DNA of 64,000 nt from Lama guanicoe. Lineage: Eukaryota. The DNA lies in NCBI GenBank assembly GCA_013239625.1, contig MU054400.1, positions 3,721,802 to 3,785,801 on the forward strand, in the 5' to 3' direction. Shown here one piece after another: positions 37,451 to 51,374 of this stretch. The first letter of the stretch is position 1, and each line of letters starts with the position of its first letter. Below the pieces are notes generated by a model that did not search any database, was not told where the DNA came from, and saw only the letters and a program-made list of their open reading frames with translations. The position numbers and the translations under genes are program-made.

Positions 37451-39501
37451 CACATTTGTTCTTGAAAAAATATGGCAGTAGAAAGAGTTGTCCCAGGAAA
37501 AATGGCGTCCTTTCACCCATGGCTTCCTTGGTGTACTTGCTGCAGACAGGAGTCCATCCTCAGACCTATCTCCCCTTGTTCACATCAAAACTCACGTGTC
37601 CTGATGGATAAGACACAGGGCTTGGTAACAGACTATTAGCTCTGGTCAAATGCCTTGGTGAGGCATACCACTTATGTCCTTTGAGACTTCCTTTCTGACC
37701 TGTGCTGTAAGTTAGAAGTGGACTGACTAACTTCCAAGTGGAGATTTTTCTGTTGTCTTTGTATTGCTGATTTCTAGTTTGATCCTACTGAGGTCTGAGA
37801 ACATACTCTGTATAATTTCTATTTTTAAAAAATTTGTTTTCTGGCCAGGATATGGCCTATCTTGGTGAAGGGTATTTTGCCATTGTTGGGTGCAGTGTTT
37901 TTTTGTTTTTGTTTTTGTTTTGAGCATCTCCCTACTATCTTGCATGATAAGATGTTCCAGGCTCGTCTTATACCCACGCAGCCACCCTGCCCAGCCCTGG
38001 AATCAGCCATTTTACCAAGGATCCCTGGTTCTTTTTAGTGGGAAATGCTATGAGAGACCAGTATCTGGATGCTGGGAGCGCTCATTGCTACTGGGATGTT
38101 TTTGCTGCCGGGCCCTTCAGCAGTCAGAACCAGGAAGTCTATGCATGTACAGGTATGTACATGTAATAAACACACATGCAGATAGACCTACCTCCATGCC
38201 TCTGCAATATGCAAACGTGCAGGTCTATACACATACAGCCAATCTTCTCATCCCAATTCTCCTTATTTGTTCTGTAAAGTGGGCACAAACACTGAATTAG
38301 AAAGCACTTGATCCATTGCCAAGAGGGCAAATGCACGGTTAGGTCACAACATTTCCCATCAACTGATCAGTACATAACTCTGCTTTATGTGTGTTTGTTT
38401 AAAGACACCTTCTTAGGATATACTGCTGATTCATCAACATCGATTTTGCGGCCAATAGCACCGTATTTCCATGCCTGAACTAGGTCTGCCTTATTTATGT
38501 ATTTCTCCATAAATCGCATCACAGCTTTCTTGTGCTTGGGGACATGAGACAGCTCTTTGGCACTACACTTGGGGGCTTTTTTTTTTTAAACAGCAAAATC
38601 ACCAAGAAAAAGCCTAAACATGGGGGAAGCGTGGCACTGAATAGCCTGGGGAATTGACACGTTTACAATATGAGAGCCGAGACAAGAAGGCAGAGCCCTG
38701 CTTCGTTCACCCTCAGCTGGGAACGTGGGAGTCAGGTCAGGCGACTCAAATATTTTGCCACCCTGCACATGTCTGCAAAGGGCCACAAAACTGGTGCACG
38801 TACTGATTCGGGGGTCATGAAAAATGTCAGTGAGAGGAGGAATCTTCCAATAACAAGGGTTCACTACATACTTTGAAATCATGCGTTCACACTGACACCT
38901 CCAATTCCAACCCCTCCCCCCAGGGGTCTTTCTTGCCCCGCAACCTCCTTCTCATACTTGAAAGTCCTCTCTTCCACAGCGGGAATCCGGGCTTCCAAAA
39001 CATCAACACATTTACAGTTGTGTTCAATCCTATCACACATCTCAAGTCGTTTCAGAATTGCTTCTTCCACACTACCGCAGAGCCAGATCTACTGGAAAGC
39101 CCTCAGCGCGTTTGCAGCTCCCTCCCACCCTGCCAGAGACCGCGTGTGCATGACCCGTTGATTCTTTCTCTTTCTCCCCTTCAGTAGTTACCGGCGTTCA
39201 TTGGATTTACAGCTGGGTTTGTGTTTTCCCAGTTTCCTTTGCTTTATACATTTTCGCTTTCTTTCCCATCTCTGTTCATTTCATTTCACGCATACATAGA
39301 ACACTAATATGTTCCCAAAAGTCAGAACTGTGTATAAAGGGATAGAGTGACGTCATCTCTTTCATATCCTTCAACCCTGCGTCTCCTTATCGCTCATAAG
39401 GAATCAACTTTATTGATTTCTGGTTAATCCCGCTAGGTTTTTGTTTAAAAAGGGTAAGCATATACATATATTTTTTTTTCTTTATACAAAGTGGATTTTA
39501 C

Positions 39502-39524
39502 TATATATATATATATATATATAT
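39502..39524. repeat. (TA)n microsatellite
   Basis: Seen directly. Confidence 0.95.
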
Positions 39525-41299
39525 CTTGCCCTTTGCTTTTTTCAGTTAAGAGTATCTCCCAGAAATCACTCTTTATCAGCACATAGATACATAGATTTCT
39601 TTCACATTTTATAGCTGTGAACCTCTCCCTTTAAGGAGTGTGAGTGTGTTTAACCCATCTCCTGTGTTTATATCTGCATTTCCATGTTGTTGAAGAGCAA
39701 CCTTCCGAGTCCGTACATTGTAAAAGACCGCCATGTCTATTACCGACTTACCCTCCAGAAAGCTGTCCTGAGTCACACCCCCACTGCTAGTGCTTTACAC
39801 CACATCATCTCTTTTAAAAATGACTTCAATGGAATATCTAGTCATGAGAACTGAAATTTCCTCCTTTCTTTGTAAGGTGAGAGCATCTGGCAGCTGCTTC
39901 TCTGCCTGGGTAAAGCCAACAATTCAACTTGGAGCAGATTTTTTTCTTTCCCTCTGAGAAGAGTCAGGGATGGAGGTGGTCCTCTCTTAGTTACAGGGAG
40001 TGGAAAAAATATAAGCGAATAAAATACTGTGTTCATCTCCTAGCGTATTTGTTTGAATAAGCAACAAAGTTCTCAATGCAGTGTCTCAAGTGAAACGACA
40101 AACGGGAGATTCTGTTTACAAATAGTAAACCCTAAACAAATAATCATCATTCTCACTAGCACTTAGAGACCATGAGGGTACACCAAAAAAGCCATGCTGT
40201 TAGGCAGAGTTACATAAGTGCCAGGGCATTTTAGGGGGTACTGTGGGAGGAAACATCTAATTAAGTCCCCACATCACATGTCTAAAGCCCCCTGTGCCAG
40301 GCTGTTCTGTGTTCTGAGAGCCCTGAGGCTGAGCTGAGCTCAGTTGGTTTTGTTGTCTTCCTTTTCTCCCTTTCTGCCTTCTCTCCGTGTGTTTTCCAAA
40401 TGCTTTAATCAGCGTCACCACAAGGTCTGGTTCATTACCACCCTCTGCCTCTATGACAAGATGAATAACTCCCTCTCCCAAGATCACAATGTTTGTTCTA
40501 TTTTCAGACACGACAGTAACCTGATTATTTGTTTTCTTTTGGGACCTGGTAAGAAACCCCAGCAGTTCCTTTTTAACCGGCCCATTTTCCCTTAATAATC
40601 ATTTCTTAATAGGAAGTCATATGAATTCAGAACTATTATGCTTCTTTTCATCATCTGATTATATCATTCAAACAGTAATTTTCCCATGGTAATTTTGCAG
40701 ATTATTACATTTTGATTATCTCAGAATTCTGATTATGTTACATACTCTTTTAATGAAACTCACGTGTATCTGCAGCCCCTAATCTGATTTTTTTTAATAT
40801 GATTTACGCTGATTTCATTACTATTCTAGAAACAGATACAAATTAGAGGGAAATCAGGGACAAAATTGGCACAATAGATTCTCAGTTTCATGATGCATTA
40901 AATGTGGAGGCAATTTATCACAAGTGGGATAAGTTCAAGTGACGGCAATGATAATACAATGATAATATCACTGAGAGCCCTGGCAGAGAAGGGACTTTGA
41001 TGTCGAGAACAAAGAAACTCATCTGTTCACTGCCCTGAACAGGACTGAGTTCACAGGCCTCATCTTCAATAGTGAAGCATATTGATTGCTCAGAGACTGA
41101 TTAAAAAATTACCTTTCAGAGTAACTCAGCACACGAGTAAGTCATCCTATCTGATGCTACAGGGTTAGTGGTCACACTTGGGGGCATGCCAAAAGCTGCA
41201 GAAATTTTGTTTTCTCTAGAAAATTTCTGGGGAAATGATTACAAGGAGAGAAAGTGTGTTTTGTAGCGAAGGGAAAAGGTCTATTCCATAGCGATGCTC

Positions 41300-41830
41300 T
41301 CATTCATTCAATAAATGTCAAGGATTATTTTATTCATTCCACAAATAATTATTGAGGGTTTATTATGTGTCGAGAAGTGCTCCAGACACTGGAGAAATGA
41401 CAACAAACAGAATGACAAGATTCCTATCGGGAAAGACAGACCAATACGTATCAAATAGTGGACCAAAAACCATATAAAATGTAGGTAATCAGACAGCTAC
41501 ATGATTACACACTATATACGAAGCAGAGAATTAAGACGGGATGGTGTGTGAGAGAGTGACACGGTGGACGAGCTGGCCAGGAAGTCCTCTCTGAGGCGGG
41601 GCTTCAGAATCTGGCATATGACACAGGAGGAGGCAGCAGCCACAGGAGATTCAGGAAGATGCATCGGGGCAGAAGCAGGCTCAGTGCCAGCATCCCAGGG
41701 CAGGAAGCAGCCCGGTGAATTGAAAGGACTAGGAGAAGGCAGTGTGGCCAGAATGCGGTGGCTGAGAGGCACCGGGCATGAGATGAGGTCACAGGCTATA
41801 AACGGATCAGAAATCAGGATTTTGTGGATT
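41300..41830 (-). mobile_element. L2-like remnant
   Basis: cattcattcaataaat / ttattgagggtttattatgtg tail motifs followed by purine-rich L2-like body. Confidence 0.55.
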
Positions 41831-41917
41831 TTAGTTACACCTTCGTTGTTGACACTGCTTGGTACCCAATCTGAGCTATCCATCCCCACTTCTTCCCTTT
41901 CTAACAGAACTATATGT

Positions 41918-42083
41918 GGTACAGCTCAGGGGTAGAGTGTGTGCCTAGCATGCACAAGGTCCTGGGTTCAATCCCCAGTACTTCCATTAAAATAAATGAA
42001 TGAATGAATGAATAAATAAATAAATAAACAAACAAACTGCCTTCCCCCAGAACAGAATAAGAAAATGAATATTAAAAAAAAAA
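41918..42083 (+). mobile_element. vic-1-type SINE
   Basis: Head motif; (TGAA/TAAA/CAAA)n tail. Confidence 0.88.
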
Positions 42084-42899
42084 ATGCCCACAGGTATAGC
42101 AGCCCCCGAAGCCATTTGAATGAAAACCACAATTAAAGACTGAAGGAAGGGAAAGACAGCCCAGGAGGCTGATGCATCCCAGTTCTGCTGACCTCTGGAC
42201 ATCCTGTCAGATGCAATGGACAGAACCTTCATGTTTTTTAGGTGCTGGCATCTAAGCATCCTCTTACTTGTAACCAAACGCAATCCTAAATCAATACAGA
42301 ATAGAAAAAACAAAAAACAAAAAACAACAATGGTCTAGGGAATGAAGAGAAATATTGATGAAAATAAATCCCTCAGTAATGGTAACCCAAAAAGAGGCAG
42401 TTCGTCCTGCAGTTGCTACCGACTGTCCTGAAATTTGTTCCCAAATATTACAGAAGCCAAAACCAGGAGGAGACTTCTCAGCACAGCAACTTGTGCTGGT
42501 ACTACTGTTAACATTATTCATGGTATTAGTGACAATCACACTAACTCAAAGCTTTCTCCCATTTCTTAAGTGTGTACTCCGTGCCTGGCGGGCGCTCTTC
42601 TAGGCACTTCGCATTAAATTGAATCATTTAAGCCTCTGAATGGCCTTTACAATTGTTATCTGCATTTCACAGGTAGGGTAATGAGAGCCAGAGAGCTTAA
42701 GTGGCTCACTTAGGGTCAAAGGGCAGTACCTCAAGCACGGTGGTCTTACCACAAGCCTGCATATCAACCAAATTTGATGAAATTCCCACATCTGATGTGT
42801 TATCTTTGGTAAAAGGCCTGCTCAAATCTTCTGCCTGTTGTGAACAATTGGGTTCCAATCATCTCAATTATTGAGTGTCTATGTGTTCTTCAAAGTTAA

Positions 42900-43298
42900 A
42901 GCAATAATACCAACAATTGAATATTCCAAAGAGACAAAGTGGACAGCAAAGATGCAATGGCACCTTCAAAGAGCAGAAAGAGAGTAACTTCTGACCTAGA
43001 AGTCTACATCCAGGGAGCGTGCCCTTCAAACATGAAAGGGAAATAGAGACATCTTTGGACAAAAAAAAGAGAGAGAGAAAAAAAATTCATTGCTGGGATA
43101 CCTGCTTTAAAGGAAATATTGAAGGCTGTCCTCCACGTAGAAGGAGAATTAAGTCAAATAGAAACTTGGAGATGCAGGAAGAATGAAGCAAACAATAGAA
43201 AAGATGAAAATGTAGGTAAATCTAAGTGAATATTAACTGTATAAAGCTTTACAGAATAATGTCTTGTGGGGACATACATATATATATGTATATACACA

Positions 43299-43329
<31 letters not shown>

Positions 43330-46300
43330 AGTCACTAGGCTTAGAGCTGGGCCACAGGTGCCCTTCCCTGGGCCCTGCACCTGATCATCCTTCCGCCATG
43401 CCATAGGGTAAGGAGTCCAGAGGGCAGGGGCACGTGCCCATCTGGAACCTATGTAGCTCCATCTAGACCACAGTTTGGGTATCTGGACCTCAGAACTCCC
43501 CCAAGCAAATGGATCTCATCATCCTTCCAGGCCTATGTGGGCCCTGTGCCTGGTTCCACCCTCCTAAGGAAGGACCCTGCAGCTGGAGCACATCTGAGGA
43601 CCTAGTGGTGGACATGTGGAGGCTGTCAGTAGCAGGTATCTACAGAGCTTGGGTGTCGGAACACACGTGCATGAGGGCCCCCACCCCGTGTTGGAGGTGG
43701 ACGTGGGGCAAGGAGCTGGAGGTGGGAGGAGAAGGAGGACCAGGAACTGGAGGTCAGCTCTTCTGTGCCACTATTTCCAGCATGCAACCCTGAGGAATCC
43801 TACATTTGAATTTAGAATTACAAATTTGAACCTGGTCTTCTAAATTGTCACTACTGATAAATGAAGGGAAAATAGCACACATTTTATTGGCAGTTTGTTA
43901 ATGTGATTTCTACTTTAAGCCAGTGCATCTAGAAATACAGTGCATCAGTCTCCATTTGTACTCCTCTGAATCCTAAAAATGTTAGGGGGTGGTGTCTACA
44001 GAATTAAAATACAGGAAAACAACAGCACAGAAGTTGGGATGGAGGTAAATGGAGTTAGAGGGCCCTAAGGTGGTAACACGTCTGAGATGTGGTAAAAGAA
44101 CTAATACACACTGGTTTTAAGTTCAGGATATTTGCAGTAATACCTAGGGTATTCACGGAAAGAATAGGAAGATAATGTACCACCAACACGCAATTAGAGG
44201 AGGAGAAAGGAATAATAAAAAATTAATCAATCCAAAAGCAGACAAGAAAATAAAAAAAAAAATCATGTAGTTTAGGTGGGAAAGACAGAGAGCAAATAGT
44301 AAGATGTTAGATTTAAACTGTGTATGTCGATAATTAATAATATCAATGAATAATTGATAATTGGTACCAATGAAATAAATACTTCAATTAAAAGCCAAAG
44401 ATTGCCAATCTGGATTAAAAAAAATTCCAATGACATGCTGCTTACAAGAGACATAAACTAAGATTAAGAATACACAAAGGTTGAATGGAAAAGGAAGGAA
44501 AAAGATATACCATCCAAACATTTACTCACAGAAAGTTGGTATAGTTATCTTAATATCAAACAAAGTCAATTTTAAGGTAAGAAGCATCATTAAAGATAAA
44601 GCGGATTACTTATTCATTGTAAAAGTTTTGTTCGTCAAAAATACAACAGATTTCTAAATTGTATGCCCTGAATATCAGAGTCTTACACATGAAGAAAAAG
44701 AATTAATACAACCAAAAATAAAAGCAAACACCTCTGGAATCAAAATGGGAGATTTAAACATCCCCCTCCTCTCAGTAACTAATGAACAAAAATCAGATCT
44801 ATTGAATGACACGATGAAAAAAAACTCGACCCAATAATTATGGGATATATAGTCTGTCCAAATACACACAAAATATTTACCAAAATTAACTATACACTAA
44901 CCCATAAAGCACATTTCATAGCATGCAAATCATGCAAAATATGTTCTCTGATCACAGTGGAATTAAGCTGGAAATCAGTAACAAAACTATAATGGAAAAT
45001 ATCCATCTATTTAGGGACCAAAAAATACAGTTCTAAATAGTTACTTAAAAGCAAAATTGGTAAATAATCTTAAACAATTCAAAGAAGATATCACACTGGA
45101 AATTAGAAACCATTTTCTTTTTCTAACTTTGGCATAACGTTGATTTTCAGCTTTCTTCTTTTCTAACATAGATATTTAGGTTTATAATTTTCCCTTGAAG
45201 CCCACCTTTCAGCTGCATCGCACCATTTTTTGGACATCCTTTACCAGACACAAAAGTTAATCCAGGTGGATTATAGACCTAAATATGAAAGATGAAAACA
45301 TAAAGTGGTTGACAAGATAATGTAGCTTCATGATTTTAGGATAAGTAAAGAATTCTTGGGGGGAGGGTATAGCTCAGTGGTAGAGCGTGTGTGCTTAGCA
45401 TGCACAAGGTCCTCGGTTCAATCCTCAGTACCTCCATTAAAATAAACAAATAAATAAATACCTAATTTCCTCCCTCCAATTAAAAAAAGAAAAGAATTCT
45501 TAAACAGGATCCTCAAAGCATTAGCTCTAAAGGAAAAGATTGATCAACTAACTATATTAGAATTATGAATTTATCAAAAGGTACCATTAAGAAAACTAAA
45601 AGGCAATCCAGCCAATTGGAGAAGGTATTTGGAATATACATAATAAAGAACTCAATCAGAATACGTAAAAATTTCCTACAAATCAATTAAGAAAAAAGGA
45701 CAACACAATTGCAAAACAGGCATGAAATCTGCATTGCATTTTACACCAGACTATACCTCACTGACCAATAAATATATAAACAGGTGTTCACCTCACTAGT
45801 AAGCAGGGAAATCCTAATAAAAATACAATGAAATGTTGCTACATCTACCAGAATGATTAAAATTTAAAGGAACAATATAGCTTTATAGAATGATGAGAAT
45901 CCTCATACTCTGTTGGTAGTGCGGTAAATTTGTACAACCAGTTTGGAAAAATGTTTGGCATTATCTACTGAACTTGACTATATTCAGACCCTGTAATCCA
46001 GCAGTTTCACCCAAGAGAAATATGCACACGCGTATCCAAAGACAGGGACATGGTCATTCATAGCAACAGTTTTGCATCACAAAGTTTCTGCATCACAATG
46101 GCCCCTGATCAAGGCATGAAACCTGTTGATTTATAGTGTTGCTTTGTAACCATGGGTCTAAGAAATTTCAGGGTGGTTTGTACCAGCTTATCAGCACTGC
46201 TTATTACAGGAGTGATATTGATGATTAACTCCTGGTTTGATGAGACTCCCAGAGTCTGGTTACAGAGGAGGGATATGCTACCTTGACTAGCAAAATGCAA

Positions 46301-47045
46301 AAAGGAACGTCTGAGACTCCATTTCATGCTTGCTCATTCTAACACGTTCCATGCATAAGCTGGTTCCTGATAGAAGAGAAACAGTGTGTCCAGTGTGGTC
46401 CTTACAGAGAGAGGACAGCGAGAGCTTGGGTCTGGTCTCTGTGGACCCCTTGCTGTTGTCTGGGATGCTTTTGTGGTATTGAATCCTTTCCCTGCAACAA
46501 ACTGCAACTGGCAAACATTCTCATTTGGGGTCCCGTGAGTCTTCTCCAGCAATCAAAGCTGTTTAAGTGCCACTATTATTGCAATAACATTATCTACAAT
46601 AGCCCGAATGTTCGTCAACAGCAGACTAAATAAATACATCAGGCTATATTCATCCAACTGAATACGGAACAGCAATGAAAATAAATACTCCTACGTACTA
46701 AAGAAAACCTAAATAAATAATCAAGTATAAAAAAAAACTCCTACGTACAAAACATGGGTGAATCTTACAAACATAATGCCGAAAGAAGCCACATACAAGA
46801 GTCCATACTGTATGTTTACATTTGTATAAAACTGTGCAAAAATAGACAAAACTGACCTACAGTAAATATTGGTTGCCTCTGGAGGAGAGGGATGGAGTAA
46901 TGGTTAGGAGAGGGCAAGAGAGGGCTGGCTGGCTGTGCTCTATGATCTTGGTGGTGGGTCCGTTGGTGTGTTCAGTTTGTTATAATTCATCAAGCTTTGG
47001 ATTTTCTGTGTATTATACTTCAGAGAAAAGTTTATTGAAAAACAA
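42900..47045 (+). mobile_element. Highly degraded old L1 (ORF1/ORF2/3' pieces) with younger insertions
   Basis: L1-like segments such as cttcaaacatgaaagggaaatagagacatc, tgctgcttacaagagac, atgttctctgatcacagtggaattaagctggaaatc; SINE at 45357-45490 (TSD aaagaattctt); ERVL-like LTR at about 46110-46555. Confidence 0.7.
43303..43329. repeat. (TG)n microsatellite
   Basis: Seen directly. Confidence 0.95.
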
Positions 47046-47094
47046 AACAAATACTGAGAAATCTGCAATGCTATTTAAAAAGAGAGAGACATAT

Positions 47095-47682
47095 TCGAAA
47101 AGATATTCAAAAAGATACATGCACCCCAATGTTCATAGCAGTGCTATTTACAACAGCCAAGACATGGAAGTAACCTAAATGTCCATCGATAGATGAGTGG
47201 ACAAAGAAGATATGGTACCTATATACAGTGGGATACTACTCAGCCATAAAAAAGAATAAAATAATGCCACTTGCAGCAACATGGATGCTCCTGGAGAATG
47301 TCATTCTAAGTGAAGTAAGCCAGAAAGAGAAAGAAAAATACCATATGACATCACTTTTATGTGGAATCTAAAACAATGACACAAATGAACTTATTTACAA
47401 AACAGAAACAGATTCACAGATGTGGAAAATAAACTTGTAGTTACTAGGTGAAGGTGGGGGATAAATTGGGAGTTTGGGATTTGCAGATACTAACTACTAT
47501 ATATAAAATAGATAAATAACAAGGCCCTACTGTTTATCACAGGGAACTATATTCAATACCTTGTAATAGCCTGTAAAGAAAAAGAATATGAAAAGGAATA
47601 TATATGTATAAAACTGAATCACTATGTTGTCCACCAGAAATTAACACAACATTGCAAGCCAACTATACCTCAATTAAAAAAG
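47095..47682 (+). mobile_element. 5'-truncated L1 3' end
   Basis: catgcaccccaatgttcatagcag..ORF2 end and 3' UTR; flanks aaaaagagagag. Confidence 0.9.
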
Positions 47683-47956
47683 AGAGAGAGAGAGAGAAAC
47701 GTGTCTCTGGTCATCTTTGGAAGTAACTAGAACATCAACTCCTTAATCTGAAAATTGACGACTCAGAGGGAAAGTTTCAGCAATGAACCACCTTTTTTGT
47801 ACAGACAGTATTTCAGTGTAACTAAATAGCCCTAATTGATGGGCGAAAGTTTTTCTTTACAAATTATTCCCAAATAATAAATGTGGAATTAATGATTGAA
47901 TTAGAAAATCAACAAAGAGTAAGCTGTAATGAAATGATCAATTCAGGCACAGGTAA

Positions 47957-48490
47957 TTGTATTAGTTACCTATTGCCGTGTAACAGATTACCCCCCAGAT
48001 GTAGCAGTTTAAAACAGCAAACATTTATTATACCATGGTTTCCACAGATGAGGAATCTGGGCATGGCTTACTGGGGTGCCCCTGACTCAGGGTCTCCCAC
48101 GAGGTTGCAGTCAAGGTCAGCCGGGTCTGCAGTCATCTCAAGGCTTGCTAAGGGGAGGATCTGCTTCCAAGCTCACTCTTGTGGCTGTTGGCACAGCTCA
48201 GATCCCTGCTGGCAGCTGGCCAGAGATGTCAGTTATTTGCCACATGGACCTCTCCATAAAGCATCTCAGAAGACGGCAGCTGGCTTTCCTGGGAGCTAGC
48301 AAGTGAGAACAAGAGAGGGAATCCAAGGTAGAATGCAGTTTTTCGGTAACTGAATGTTGAAGTGACATTGTCACCTCTGCTGCATTCTGTTCATAGAAGC
48401 AAGTCATAAGTCCAGCTGCTCTCAAGGAGAGGGTGTAAACTTACATCAGGGTGTACATATCATGAGCTGGGGATCACTGGGAGCCTGGTA
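47957..48490 (-). mobile_element. MaLR LTR (MLT1-like)
   Basis: tgtattagttacctattgccgtgtaacagattaccccc..ttaaaacagcaaacatttatta. Confidence 0.8.
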
Positions 48491-50002
48491 GAGGATGCTG
48501 ACCGTAATCACTGATGGATGGAAGCCATTAGATGAAAAGTTGATGAGGAACTGCAATCGGAGGCACCACCACCTGAATCCATTACTCAATCTTATAATCA
48601 CTAAAAGAGGGACAACCAGATATTATTTGGGAAGTAAGCTAAAGTATGCAGCATCATCTTGTGAAGTATTCTTTCCAAAAAGATTGGACCCTAAATCTAA
48701 TCAAGGCTTTAGGAAACATTCAATTTACAAGAAATAGGGATGATAGAAGAAAAACTTGAATAACACCATGAGGATATAGATTTAGATTGTGGGACCTTCT
48801 ACAGGGCAATGGACCTATTTCTTCAGTAAGTCAATTGCATTTAAAAAAATGAGGAATTCCTCTATATTAAAAGAAACTTGAGAGGCGTAAAACCCAAATG
48901 CAATATTCAACCTTGTTTAGATACTGATTCAAACAAGCCAACCAGAAAAAGACAGTTCTGAGACAATAAGGGGACTTTGAACACAGGCAGTACTGAGGAA
49001 TTACTGTTCATTTTTTCTTGGTATAATAATGGCATTGTGACTATGAAAGTAAACGTCTATATGTTTTTTTTCCAAGAGGCAAGCCAAACCAGATAAGGAT
49101 AACATCTTAGACGTGAGGCCCAAGATTTGCTTCAAAACAATTCAGCAGACACAGCAAAGAAATAGATGAGACAAGCAAGATAAAAATCTTAATATTGAAT
49201 CTAGATGATGGGTGTGAGCAGGCTCATGATACAATTTTATTTATTTTTATGAATGTTTAAAAACTTTCATAATAAAAGCGAGAAGAAAAGATGTCAGGAT
49301 GAGATGGCTTTAGAGCTGAGTTCTAGCTAGACTGTAAAGAATAAATATTTTTCCTATTGTTTAGATATCTATGGCCTTGTAAAAAGGATGAAAACTCCCC
49401 AATTCATTTTACGAAGGTAGCGTAAGTGTTTAAAATGTTTTCTGGAACTGTAACTTCCATGAAGAAAAATGTACAGTTTTAAGTGTAGAGCATTAAGTGA
49501 GAAACTCTAATCTACAAAAGAGAGAAGATGGATTATATACAAAGAAATGACAGACTGACAGTGGAACTACAGAGGACGCCCACTATCCTGAACCAGAATA
49601 TGATTTTTAAAAACAGTGCAAAAAATGGGAACAACAGAATAATTTCACTTATATAGAGGCAAATTTTCTAAGTAAAATACTAGGGAAAAGAATCCAGAAA
49701 TGTATTTTAATATCTAAACATTCATATACCTACATTATTCATAATTGAATTGCTCACCATTATTCCTTGCGCTCCCTCTGAGTTCTTGCTAAAGTACATA
49801 TTTTACTAGCAGTTTTTTCAGTGAGAGATTGGGCATAGTAAGCATTTTTGGCTCTTGTATGTTTTAAAATGTGTTTATTTTACCCCTGCTCTTTAAAGAG
49901 AGTTTGGCTGGTTAGAGAATTTTAGATTGATCATTGTTTTCCCTCAGCATTTTGAGTATGTGACACCATCACCCTCTGACATTGATTATTAATGAAAGGT
50001 TT

Positions 50003-50078
50003 AGGCGGAAGGTACAGCTCAGTGGTAGAGCATGTGGCTAGCATGCTCAGGTCCTGGGTTCAATCTCCTGTACCCCCG
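50003..50078 (+). mobile_element. vic-1-type SINE head without tail
   Basis: ggtacagctcagtggtagagcat..gtcctgggttcaatctcc. Confidence 0.85.
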
Positions 50079-50229
50079 TAGTTCCACTGTTGATCTGTCA
50101 TTTCTTTGTATACAATCAGTCTTCTCTCTTTTGTAGAGTTTATAGTTTCCTTTCTTGCTTAATGCCCTCCAGTTTTGCTACAGTCTTTCTAGGTGTAGAT
50201 TTATTTTATTTTCTTGCTAATCAGTGAGA

Positions 50230-50327
50230 TTTTTATTTATTTATTTTTAATGGAGGTGCTGGGGATTGAACCCAGGACCTCGTGCATGCTAGGCACACAC
50301 TCTACCACCGAGCTATACCCCACTCCC
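50230..50327 (-). mobile_element. vic-1-type SINE
   Basis: TSD tcagtgagatttt on both sides. Confidence 0.9.
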
Positions 50328-51127
50328 TCAGTGAGATTTTTAAATTCAAGGTTTCATGTGGTTCATTTCTGGAAAACTATCAGTTGTTTTATTTTCAAAC
50401 ATCATCTCTTTTCCATTCTCCCTCTTTTCTTCTGCAGCTTACCCTGGGTATAATTCAGAGCTTCTCATCCGACCCTCCCTTACCTTTAACTTCTTTCATA
50501 ATTTCCTCCTTTAACTGTGCTATGATCTAGAAGCTTCTCTCTCAGTGCTACCTTCCAACTCACTAATCCTCTCTTTTCAGATATATCTAGTATGCCATCA
50601 AGATCATTTATTGATGGTTCCTCTTATTTTCTTTTCAAAGACTATTTTTCATTCCAAGTTTTCCAATTCGTGCTTTTTCCAATCTCGTTCTTGTTTCACG
50701 AGTGCTACTTCCTTCCTCATGTCTTTGAGCAGTCAGCGTGTTATTTTTAAGTTCTCAGAATGAGCTCTATATCCTCAGGTGCTAATTCTCTCATTTGTTG
50801 AATTTACCTACTATTTTTATGATAACGGACTTCTTTATCCGCTTAAAATATTTTTAAGAACTCTTCTTGCTCAGGAGTTTTCATTCACATGCACCCTTTC
50901 TTTTCGTATGATCTAGAATTGCCTCAGCCTTGGTCCAGATGGGTTTCACTGATCCAAACTGGGTCTTACATTAGCAGATCAATTTGGATCTTTTACTCCA
51001 TAATAACGGTTTCATAGTGGACCTTACAGGTGTATTTGCATAGATTGTCCCTAAGTTCCATGGTGCCACTGCTTCTTCTCATGTATAAATTCATTGCTCT
51101 CAAAAGCACGCTCTAGATCCGAGATAT

Positions 51128-51133
51128 TTTAAT
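51128..51133 (-). terminator. Candidate polyadenylation signal ATTAAA of C9orf153
   Basis: ATTAAA on the minus strand 17 nt after the TAA stop. Confidence 0.55.
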
Positions 51134-51150
51134 ACAACTACATATTCAAT

Positions 51151-51374
51151 TTAAGAAGAATCTTCCTTTTTGGGGTAATCGACCTGAGGATAAATGACCA
51201 AAGACTTTTGAACTAGAGGCGGGGAAGCAGCACGAGGCATCTGCTGGCTCTTCACAAATCTCTTCTCACTGTCGTATTTAATTTTTATACGTGAATCTGC
51301 AGTATGGCGCTTCCACTTCGCAATCCCCTTGTAGTACTTCCATTCCAGGTCCTTTAGGTCCAGGAATTGTTTTC
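51151..51374 (-). CDS. C9orf153: C9orf153 orthologue, terminal coding exon (not in ORF track)
   Basis: Acceptor tgattctttgcAG at 51376-51375; phase 1 matches the upstream donor; reads (G)KQFLDLKDLEWKYYKGIAKWKRHTADSRIKIKYDSEKRFVKSQQMPRAASPPLVQKSLVIYPQVDYPKKEDSS-TAA; ATTAAA follows the stop. Confidence 0.75.

Noticed and set aside
39348..39355. Full CRE palindrome TGACGTCA near TATAAA
   Set aside because: Isolated motif in what looks like old repeat-derived sequence, with no associated exon or CpG enrichment.
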